Shown here piece after piece: positions 56,028 through 64,000 of a stretch of DNA of 64,000 nucleotides. Source of the stretch: an uncultured SAR86 cluster bacterium (GTDB lineage: Bacteria > Pseudomonadota > Gammaproteobacteria > Magnimaribacterales > D2472); assembly GCA_902541175.1 (NCBI GenBank), contig CACBPP010000002.1, forward strand, positions 117,589 to 181,588. Reading direction: 5' to 3'. The position numbers and the translations under genes were made by a program. The notes under the pieces were generated by a model. It was not told where the DNA came from. It made no database searches and worked only from the letters and a program-made list of their open reading frames with translations. Positions within the stretch are counted from its first letter, which is position 1, and each line of letters begins with the position of its first letter.

Positions 56028-58844
56028 TTAAAATTCAGCACCAAATTGTAGACCCCAAGTTCTAGGATCTGTGAAGTTTCCATATAATTGGCCACCTTGG
56101 ATATTACTTCCAGATCTTATGCTATTAATTATTCTGTCATCAGTTAAATTCTTAGCATATAAACCAACATACCAATCTCCGTTATTTGGAGTAAATCTAA
56201 TAAGCGAATCCCACATTTTTTGCTCAGGAACATCAAATCTTGAGTAATTAAATGGATCACCATTTACCTCGTCTCTGAATCTATAAGAAAGCCTCCACGA
56301 AGTTTCACCATTTTCTGTTGGGAATACTTGTGTCAAAGAGAGACTGTAGGAAAGATCTGCTACACCAGGTAAAGGATTACCAGCAACACTCACAGGAACT
56401 CCTAATGATGCAGCTGCAGGACAATCAACACCTGCCGCAGGAGCAAAGCGTGGAGAACTACAGTTAAATCCAGCAGATTTAAAACCTGTGACTCCATTAT
56501 CAAAAACAGCGCCAGTTTGGAATCCTGTGCCAGCAGTATCAACTGGTCCTAAGTATCTTATAATACTATTAGCATCCCATGGGTTTAGGTAATTAATTGT
56601 AGCTGGTGCATCCGTAATTTCTGCATCAACCATTAACCATGAAAGTTCTAATTGTGTTGTTTCAGATAAAAATACATTCATTTGACCCTCAAAACCAGTG
56701 ATTTCAGCATCAACGTTGTTGTTAAATGATTGCGTATCTCTAATCGTTGCAAGCAACATACCTTCGTTATCATTTTTATAAAGGTTCATATTAAGAAGCA
56801 TTGCACCGTCAAGTAATCTAGCTTTTAAACCAAAGTCTAGTACAGCAGTTTCTTCCTTATCATAAGGGATAGGATCATCACCTGCGTTTACACCAGCACC
56901 CTTGGTAGCAGTTGCATAACTTGCGTATACCATAACATCGTCTCTCAGATATTTTTGAATTGCAATTTTTCCGTTAGTAGCTGATTCATTTTGAACTAGG
57001 TAGTCTACTAATCCAGGTACTTTCATTCTGTCATCGTATAAAAAACCACCAGCACGAATCCAATCAGTTGAAAGAATACCACCATTATAAGTTGTGGTAG
57101 CATTAGTTAAATCATCAAAACGTAATCCAAAGGTAAGTTTAGTAGTATCATTTAGATCGTAATAAAGCTCACCATAAAGAGCTTGAGATTTAATTCTTAC
57201 ATGTTGATCACTTAAAGTACCTCTAATATCCATAGGAACTGTTACATCAGGTAATTTACCAAGATCACCGATTGATTTTTGCCATGCTTGAAGTGCTGCT
57301 ATATCTTCTTGAGATACTGGAAGGCCCATTGCAAGCATAGTAGCGGTAGTTTGTGCATCGGTTGCACCTCCAACTACAGCTAATAAACCTTGATAGAAAG
57401 GAACACCACCTTTGGCACCAAAGTCTACACCTAATAGCGCAGTAACTGTTGGGTAATAAGGATGTGAACTAAAGTCACCAATATATTGAGTACCTGGAGT
57501 TTGAACTCTGTACTCGTTATCATTTCTTGAATCATACATGTAGTAACCAACTGTATAATTAAGAGGTCCATCAAAATCTGAAATTATGTTAATTTCAGCT
57601 TGTTGTGATTCATACAATACATCTGAAAAGTCATATGTTCTGTCGGTTGTTACATATTCGCAGAATCCAAAACGAGGAGTTCCAAAGCACTGTTCTGACT
57701 CAACAGGTGGTAGACCTAATAATACGCCAGCACCTATAAATGGTGAGTATGAAACACTACCATCATTATCATTCATTTGTTGGAACATTCTTGTTTCATA
57801 TGAATATTTTGCAGTCATAGTCAGGCTATCACTTAGTTCTTTTACCAACTCTAGGTTTGAAAATTCTATTTTTTGAAGGTGAGTTGGCTCTCTATTTACA
57901 GATAACTCTCCAAGCTCAAGAGCTGGAGGTGTTGCTCCATAATCGTTAGTAATGGTTCCGGGATATAAAGCTGCAATAAACGAGAATAATCCAGCACCTA
58001 TACCTCTACTATCAGCAGCGGTATTAGGAGTTCCTCTTTCCCACGGCGAACAACCAAAAAATGCATCTTGTTTACAGAAAGAAACTTCTTCTTGAGGTCT
58101 ATTATCATCACTTTTTTGACCTGAATATGTAAATCTTAATTCAGTAGTATCGTTAATGTCCCAGTCAATAGAAAGTCTGACTGCTTCATCGTTTCTATCA
58201 TCCATAACATTTCCAGTGAAAGGATTATCAACCATTCCATCTCTAGTGTTTGTCATAAATGCTAGCCTTCCTCTTACATCATCAGAAAAAGGAACATTTA
58301 TTGCACCTTGAACAGTTTCTTTATCATATGAACCACCTTCGAATCTAATAGAACCTTCAAATTCATCAGTAGGTCTTTTGGTAATTAAATTGATAACACC
58401 TGCAACTGAGTTTCTACCAAAAAGTGTACCTTGAGGACCATTAAGAACCTCAATACGCTCAAGATCCATGAATCCCATATCTGTCATGATACTTGGATTC
58501 ACACTATGCCCATTAACACTTGTTACTATTGAACTAACAACAGCAGCACCAACACCATAAGATCCAATACCTCTCATAACAAACCCTGAACCAGAACCGA
58601 TTCCTTTTGCTACTTCAAAGCCTGGAACAACTTCAGCTAAGTCTGAAAGATCATATAACTGATCAGCTTCAAGTTGATCTGATGTTATAGCAGTGATTGA
58701 AACTGCAATATCTTGAGTTGATTCCTCTTTCTTAGTAGCTGTAACAACAACTTCTTCAATTTCTTGTGCAAAAGAAGAAATAGAGAAAGCTAATGTTAAA
58801 AGAGAAATAGAAAATAATTTACTAGTAAAATTTATGTTAAACAT
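56028..58844 (-). CDS. TonB-dependent outer-membrane receptor (paralog 1)
   Basis: It has a signal peptide and a plug N-terminus (AQEIEEVVVTATKKEESTQD, IEVLNGPQGTLFGRN). The C-terminal beta-barrel ends in TWGLQFGAEF. I trimmed the start to the ATG at 58844, which has the SD GGGGGA. Confidence 0.9.
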   Translation of the reverse strand: MFNINFTSKLFSISLLTLAFSISSFAQEIEEVVVTATKKEESTQDIAVSITAITSDQLEADQLYDLSDLAEVVPGFEVAKGIGSGSGFVMRGIGSYGVGAAVVSSIVTSVNGHSVNPSIMTDMGFMDLERIEVLNGPQGTLFGRNSVAGVINLITKRPTDEFEGSIRFEGGSYDKETVQGAINVPFSDDVRGRLAFMTNTRDGMVDNPFTGNVMDDRNDEAVRLSIDWDINDTTELRFTYSGQKSDDNRPQEEVSFCKQDAFFGCSPWERGTPNTAADSRGIGAGLFSFIAALYPGTITNDYGATPPALELGELSVNREPTHLQKIEFSNLELVKELSDSLTMTAKYSYETRMFQQMNDNDGSVSYSPFIGAGVLLGLPPVESEQCFGTPRFGFCEYVTTDRTYDFSDVLYESQQAEINIISDFDGPLNYTVGYYMYDSRNDNEYRVQTPGTQYIGDFSSHPYYPTVTALLGVDFGAKGGVPFYQGLLAVVGGATDAQTTATMLAMGLPVSQEDIAALQAWQKSIGDLGKLPDVTVPMDIRGTLSDQHVRIKSQALYGELYYDLNDTTKLTFGLRFDDLTNATTTYNGGILSTDWIRAGGFLYDDRMKVPGLVDYLVQNESATNGKIAIQKYLRDDVMVYASYATATKGAGVNAGDDPIPYDKEETAVLDFGLKARLLDGAMLLNMNLYKNDNEGMLLATIRDTQSFNNNVDAEITGFEGQMNVFLSETTQLELSWLMVDAEITDAPATINYLNPWDANSIIRYLGPVDTAGTGFQTGAVFDNGVTGFKSAGFNCSSPRFAPAAGVDCPAAASLGVPVSVAGNPLPGVADLSYSLSLTQVFPTENGETSWRLSYRFRDEVNGDPFNYSRFDVPEQKMWDSLIRFTPNNGDWYVGLYAKNLTDDRIINSIRSGSNIQGGQLYGNFTDPRTWGLQFGAEF

Positions 58845-58954
58845 GAATATCCCCCAATGTTTAAATTGTTTTGCATATTTTATGCTTAAAAGTAGCTTTA
58901 GGACAACAAATTTAGATAAAAAATATATATAAAAATAGATGTATTTTTGATAAA

Positions 58955-58986
58955 CCAAACAAAAAAGGCTGGTAAAACCAGCCTTT
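58955..58986 (-). terminator. rho-independent terminator between the two receptor genes
   Basis: The stem AAGGCTGG/CCAGCCTT has loop TAAAA and is followed on the minus strand by TTTTGTTTGG. Confidence 0.7.
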
Positions 58987-59004
58987 AATCACTTTACTTA
59001 ACAA

Positions 59005-61746
59005 TTAGAAGGTAGTTCCAAATGCAATTCCCCAGGTTCTTGGATCAGTTATAGTTGCAAATTTATTACCGCCTTGTAATCCACTTGCAAGATACCAAGA
59101 GCCTATGTATCTATCATTAGTAAGATTTTTGCCCTCCAGCCTTACAAACCAATTACCACCATTTGGTCTATAAGTTACCGTTGCGTCGAAAAATTCATGT
59201 TCTGGCATTTTTAACCATGGCTGATTAAACACTGTGCCTTCTCTCTCATCCATAAATCTATAGGCAATTCTTGCAGTTGTAATACCATTGTCTCCAACAA
59301 AATCTTTATTAAGTCCAATGCTATAAGAAAGTTCCGGTGATTGAGGTAATTTATTACCTGATACATCTACAGGAACACCCAAATCATCGCCTTTACATCC
59401 TGCAGCACCAGTAGGATCAAATGGATTAAATGGAGCAAGACACATAAACCCAGCAAATTTATAAACAAGACCTGCATCAGTTGCGCCAACTGACAAAACA
59501 CCACCAGTAGAAGCGATTGGAAGCATTAAGCCTCCACCGAGAGCAGCAGGAAGAGGAACTCTTGCAGTTGCATTATTGATATTAACTGGATTGATTAAAC
59601 TTAAGCTGGTTATCTCGGTATCAACTTTTAATAATGTTAAATCAATACTTAATGTTTCGTTTAAATACAACAACATATTACCTTCAAACCCTTCTATCTC
59701 CGCGTCTGTATTAACATTCCTTGATCCCGCATTCACAATGGATGAAATCAACATGCCATCAGTGGTATTTTGGAAATAAGTTGCATTTAGCAACATTGCT
59801 CCATCAAGGAATATGCCTTTTGCGCCAACTTCAAATACAGCTGTTTCTTCTTGATCGTAAGGATCTGGTGTTCCGGTTGAATTAGGATTATTACCACCTG
59901 CTTTTACGGCAGTGGTATAACTTGTATAAACCATTCTGTTGTCATCAAGGTCATGTTGTAATGCCAGCTTATAACCAAGTGCATCATCAGATTCAGTAAC
60001 CTGAGTTGGGAAGAATCCATACTCAGAAGTGACTTTTTGTGAGTCAGGATAATTTGGACAACTTGCAAATGTTAAACATGATGCAACACTATCTTTTACA
60101 ACATCATCGTTATATCTAATACCAAGAGTAAACATGGTATCGTCTGAAAGTTCATAGTACATCTCACCAAGAATTGCTTTTGATTTAATTCTTACATGAT
60201 CTTCATTAACAAAACCTTGAATTTGTAAGGGTGTTGTATAACCAGTTAAAACTGATGGTAGTGCGTCAGCACTAAAGGCAGCTAAAGCCCAAGCAACATG
60301 AAAATCAGTTGAACCAGATCCGGTAAGAGCTCCTCCAAATAAGGCATTGTTATATGGATGAACACTTGAATCACGTATCAAGTTCCATGCGGCTGTTTGA
60401 ACTTGGTAAATATTTGTTGTTGTTAAATCATAATAATAATAACCTATCTGGTAATTTAAAGGTCCGTCAAAGTCAGATATCAATGTTACTTCACCTTGCC
60501 AAGTTTCGGTTTCAGTAAATGCAAATTCATATGTTCTATCAGTAGTATTAATTTCACAGAATGTATTATGAAAACCTCCATAACAACCTTCCCACTGCAT
60601 TGGAATTGCAGATGCTGGATGCCCAGCTGGAAATAATCCCGGAAATGGTTGAGGCGCCACTGCATAATCATTATCACCAACATGCTCATAATCTCTTACG
60701 CTATATGTACTTTTTACCTCTAATCTATGATCGTCATTAAGCTCATGATCTAATTTCACTTGAGCAAATTGATATGTTTGCTTTAGAACAGGATCTCTAT
60801 TGAGATTTACTACTTCTATATCATTGGTAGGCACTACTCCAGCATAAGAATTATATGTTGGATTAGGTGTTAAAGCTGCTGCAAAATTAAAGAATCCTGC
60901 AGTACTTCCGTTAACATGAGCCGGTTGACCAAATACACCTTTATCAAAAGGACTACACCCAAATAAAGGATCTTGTTGACAAACATTATGACCAATATTT
61001 TGTCTATCATCATCAGCCTTTTGATAATCATATGTTAATTCCATTGAAGTAGAATCACTTATATCAAAGTCAATCGATAATCTTGCACCTAAAGCATCTC
61101 TTCCATCAATGTCATTTCCAGTATATAAATTTTTAACAACTCCATCTCTTTCAAATGTAGTTGCAGCCAATCTCATACCAACTCTATCTGAAAGTGGTAC
61201 ATTGAAAACCATATTTGTTCTTGTTGAATTTAGATTACCCATTGAAACTTCAAAAGAACCTTCAAGCTCTGATGTTGGTCTAGCAGTAACAATATTTACC
61301 AAGCCTTGAACAGCATTTCTTCCAGATAATGTTCCTTGAGGTCCTTTTAAAACCTCAATTCTCTCAAGATCATGAAAACCTGTATCAGCAAGAGCAGATG
61401 ATCCGAATTCGTGACCATTCATTGAGACCACCAATGATCCAACTACTGCTGCTCCTACACCATATGAACCAACGCCCCTCATTGAGTAAGATGCGCCAGA
61501 ACCAATAGCTTTATCAACAATCAATCCAGGTACTACTTCAGCTAAATCGCTAAAGTCATCAATCATATTCTTGTCAATATCAGAAGATGTAAACGCCTCA
61601 ATAGAAACTGGAATATCTTGAACAGATTTTTCTTGTTTTGTTGCAGTCACAACTACTTCTTCTATTTCTTGAGCGGTTACGAATGCTGTAAAAATTAATG
61701 AAAAGCATAATGAAAAATTAAATGCTATTTTTGAATACTTATACAT
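59005..61746 (-). CDS. TonB-dependent outer-membrane receptor (paralog 2)
   Basis: The architecture matches paralog 1: AQEIEEVVVTATKQEKSVQD, IEVLKGPQGTLSGRN and terminal TWGIAFGTTF. The SD is AGGGGGGA. Confidence 0.9.
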   Translation of the reverse strand: MYKYSKIAFNFSLCFSLIFTAFVTAQEIEEVVVTATKQEKSVQDIPVSIEAFTSSDIDKNMIDDFSDLAEVVPGLIVDKAIGSGASYSMRGVGSYGVGAAVVGSLVVSMNGHEFGSSALADTGFHDLERIEVLKGPQGTLSGRNAVQGLVNIVTARPTSELEGSFEVSMGNLNSTRTNMVFNVPLSDRVGMRLAATTFERDGVVKNLYTGNDIDGRDALGARLSIDFDISDSTSMELTYDYQKADDDRQNIGHNVCQQDPLFGCSPFDKGVFGQPAHVNGSTAGFFNFAAALTPNPTYNSYAGVVPTNDIEVVNLNRDPVLKQTYQFAQVKLDHELNDDHRLEVKSTYSVRDYEHVGDNDYAVAPQPFPGLFPAGHPASAIPMQWEGCYGGFHNTFCEINTTDRTYEFAFTETETWQGEVTLISDFDGPLNYQIGYYYYDLTTTNIYQVQTAAWNLIRDSSVHPYNNALFGGALTGSGSTDFHVAWALAAFSADALPSVLTGYTTPLQIQGFVNEDHVRIKSKAILGEMYYELSDDTMFTLGIRYNDDVVKDSVASCLTFASCPNYPDSQKVTSEYGFFPTQVTESDDALGYKLALQHDLDDNRMVYTSYTTAVKAGGNNPNSTGTPDPYDQEETAVFEVGAKGIFLDGAMLLNATYFQNTTDGMLISSIVNAGSRNVNTDAEIEGFEGNMLLYLNETLSIDLTLLKVDTEITSLSLINPVNINNATARVPLPAALGGGLMLPIASTGGVLSVGATDAGLVYKFAGFMCLAPFNPFDPTGAAGCKGDDLGVPVDVSGNKLPQSPELSYSIGLNKDFVGDNGITTARIAYRFMDEREGTVFNQPWLKMPEHEFFDATVTYRPNGGNWFVRLEGKNLTNDRYIGSWYLASGLQGGNKFATITDPRTWGIAFGTTF

Positions 61747-61889
61747 AGTGTTTCCCCCCTAAATGGATTAATAACTAGTATTCAAATGACTATAGCATTC
61801 GAAATAAGTATTTAAAATATATATAAAATATAGTTATATCTAATGATATGTTTTTTTTATTTAACGTTTATGTCTTATTAAATTACCTA

Positions 61890-62081
61890 TTAGTTAGACC
61901 AAGGATGGCACTTGCTAATTCTAATTACAGATAAATAAGTTCCTTTGAATATTCCATACTTAAGAATAACCTCTATCGCATATGCAGAACACGTAGGGTG
62001 AAATCGACATGATGGAGGAAACATAGGTGATATAAAATACCTATAAAATCTAATTGGAAGTATAAAAATTCTTGCTAGCAT
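61890..62081 (-). CDS. yidD: membrane protein insertion efficiency factor YidD
   Basis: It is 63 aa with [25 protein letters not shown]. Its start overlaps the thrS stop (TAATG). Confidence 0.88.
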   Translation of the reverse strand: MLARIFILPIRFYRYFISPMFPPSCRFHPTCSAYAIEVILKYGIFKGTYLSVIRISKCHPWSN

Positions 62082-64000
62082 TACTGAAGAGCTGAGTTTT
62101 CTTTGGTAATTTGTTTAATAGCTGCTTTAAGGTCTACAACTTCAGTATCAGTACTTCCAATTCTTCTAATGGAAACGGTTTTATCTTTTTTTTCGTTATT
62201 TCCAATTGCTAAAATAATTGGAACTTTTCTATTACTATGCTCCCTTATTTTATAACTAATCTTTTCATTCCTAAGGTCAGCTTCTGCCAAAATGCCCTCT
62301 TTTTTTAATGATTCCACGATCTCTAACGAATAATCATTTACATCAGAAATAATTGATGCCACAACAACTTGATGAGGAGATAACCAAAAAGGAAGCTTTC
62401 CAGCATAATTTTCAATTAAGATGCCAATAAATCTCTCAAAAGATCCCAAAACAGCCCTATGTATCATAACTGGTGTGTGTTTTTTTCCATCCTCTCCAAC
62501 GTAACTAGCATCAAGCCTTTCGGCTAGGTTGAAATCTAATTGAAAGGTACCACATTGCCATTCTCTTCCTATTGCATCGGTGAGAACAAAATCTAGTTTT
62601 GGTCCGTAAAATGCTCCATCACCCTCATCAATTCTGTATGGATATCCTAAATTTTTAATTGCTGCTTCAAGAGCCTCTTCGGCTTTATCCCATGTCTCAT
62701 CTGAGCCAACTCTCATCTCAGGTCTTGTAGATAATTTAATATCAAAATTTTTAAATCCTAAATCAGCATATATAGTAGAAAGAAATTTAATGAATAAGCC
62801 TGTTTCTGATTCTATTTGGTTCTCAGTGCAAAAAATATGTCCATCATCTTGGGTAAAAGCCCTTACCCTCATCAAACCATGCATAGTTCCCGAAGGTTCA
62901 TATCTATGACATAAACCAAATTCTGCGTACCTCAAAGGCAAATCTTTATATGACTTTATACCTTGATTATAAATTTGAACGTGACCAGGACAATTCATTG
63001 GCTTTAGAGCATTAACTCTTTTCTCGTTAGCATGCTCTTCATCGATTTCTGTTATGAACATATTTTCTCTGTATTTATCCCAATGACCTGAAGCTTCCCA
63101 TAATTTTCTATCTATCACTTGAGGTGTATTTACTTCAATGTAGTTATTTTCTTTTAATCTATCTCTAACAAAATTTCTCAACTTTCTGTATAAGGTCCAG
63201 CCATCTGGGTGCCAAAATACCATTCCTGGAGCTTCGTCTTGAAAATGAAACAAATCCATCTCTTTTCCAAGTTTTCTGTGATCTCTTTTTAGCGCCTCTT
63301 CTATGTTATCTAGATAATTTTGTAAATCTTTATCATTACTAAATGCTGTTCCATAAATTCTTGTAAGCATTGAATTTTTAGAATCGCCCTTCCAATATGC
63401 GCCTGATACTTTTGTTAATTTAAATGAGCCAATAAATCCTAAATTTGGCAAATGCGGACCTCTACATAAATCAACAAACTCCTCGTCATCCTGATAATAA
63501 AGTTGAAAATTATCATCTTGATCTGACTCATTGATAATAATTTCTTTGTATGGTTCTTTGTTTGATTTGAATATCTTTAAAGCTTCTTTTTTTGAAACTA
63601 GTTTTTTTGTAATTAATGACTTAGTTTTAATGATTTTTTTCATTTCTTCTTCAATCTTACCTAGATCATCAGAAGATATAGACTCATTGGATTCAACATC
63701 ATAATAAAAACCATCTTGAACTGTAGGACCTATTGCTAATTTTGATTTTGGATAAAGGTTTTTAATAGCCCTTGCTAATACCTGAGCAGAAAGTGTATGA
63801 CGCATAATTTCAAGACCTTCATCACTATCAATGGTGATTATTGAAACTGATGCATCAGCATCTATGGCATCATGCAGATCTCTTTGGACACCATCAATTG
63901 TTACAGCTATAGCAGATTTGGCAAGACCAGGTCCAATATCTTTCGCAAGATCATAGCCTGAAGATCCCTTAGGCAATTCTCTTGAACTGTTATCTGGTAA
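62081..64000 (-). CDS. thrS: threonine--tRNA ligase, 5' end outside the window
   Basis: The frame stays open to position 64000, where upstream codons read [12 protein letters not shown], matching the usual ITLPDGS start region. Motifs [19 protein letters not shown] and [17 protein letters not shown] are present. Confidence 0.93.
   Translation of the reverse strand, partial: LPDNSSRELPKGSSGYDLAKDIGPGLAKSAIAVTIDGVQRDLHDAIDADASVSIITIDSDEGLEIMRHTLSAQVLARAIKNLYPKSKLAIGPTVQDGFYYDVESNESISSDDLGKIEEEMKKIIKTKSLITKKLVSKKEALKIFKSNKEPYKEIIINESDQDDNFQLYYQDDEEFVDLCRGPHLPNLGFIGSFKLTKVSGAYWKGDSKNSMLTRIYGTAFSNDKDLQNYLDNIEEALKRDHRKLGKEMDLFHFQDEAPGMVFWHPDGWTLYRKLRNFVRDRLKENNYIEVNTPQVIDRKLWEASGHWDKYRENMFITEIDEEHANEKRVNALKPMNCPGHVQIYNQGIKSYKDLPLRYAEFGLCHRYEPSGTMHGLMRVRAFTQDDGHIFCTENQIESETGLFIKFLSTIYADLGFKNFDIKLSTRPEMRVGSDETWDKAEEALEAAIKNLGYPYRIDEGDGAFYGPKLDFVLTDAIGREWQCGTFQLDFNLAERLDASYVGEDGKKHTPVMIHRAVLGSFERFIGILIENYAGKLPFWLSPHQVVVASIISDVNDYSLEIVESLKKEGILAEADLRNEKISYKIREHSNRKVPIILAIGNNEKKDKTVSIRRIGSTDTEVVDLKAAIKQITKENSALQ

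Noticed and set aside
58845-58958. This is the 38-codon N-terminal extension of TonB receptor paralog 1 (MVYQKYIYFYIYFLSKF...).
   Set aside because: The extension runs through the AT-rich promoter region. The internal ATG at 58844 is preceded by GGGGGA and gives a normal signal peptide that aligns with paralog 2.
1-64000. I scanned the whole window for CRISPR arrays, IS elements, long direct or inverted repeats, and rRNA.
   Set aside because: None was seen. The longest non-coding stretches are under 200 bp and contain only promoter, terminator or leader-type sequence. The only extended similarity within the window is between the two TonB receptor paralogs, and it is at the protein level.

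Overview
This is a visibly AT-rich, very gene-dense chromosomal segment. I call about 70 CDS and 2 tRNAs. Nearly all intergenic gaps are under 200 bp, and many start/stop codons overlap as ATGA or TAATG.

The backbone synteny is gammaproteobacterial: wrbA, sppA, hda-pgsA-DUF2066 divergent from purM-purN-DUF3108, dcd, recR-dnaX, recX, a full System I ccmABCDEFGH(I) operon, smc-zipA and thrS. My guess, by inference only, is a genome-streamlined marine gammaproteobacterium (SAR86-like), given two tandem TonB-dependent receptors, a GH16 laminarinase and several acyl-CoA dehydrogenases. I recognised no rRNA, CRISPR, transposase, integrase or prophage genes.

The observations most worth a second look are:
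1. An ATP-dependent DNA ligase with all six nucleotidyltransferase motifs sits where NAD-dependent ligA normally lies, directly downstream of smc-zipA.
2. The Smc orthologue next to it is only 732 aa, has no recognisable hinge domain, and lies beside a shortened ZipA.
3. dnaX carries an A9/A7 slippery cluster at the domain III/tau boundary, with a UGA in the -1 frame.
4. The hsp20/ibpA leader folds into three hairpins, the last a fourU-like structure that sequesters the SD.
5. tRNA-Leu(UAG) abuts a GH16-P450-MFS gene string with no room for a separate promoter.
6. An adjacent acyl-CoA dehydrogenase pair has one member with degenerate FAD and catalytic motifs.

All family assignments come from reading motifs by eye. 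No database search or folding program was run.
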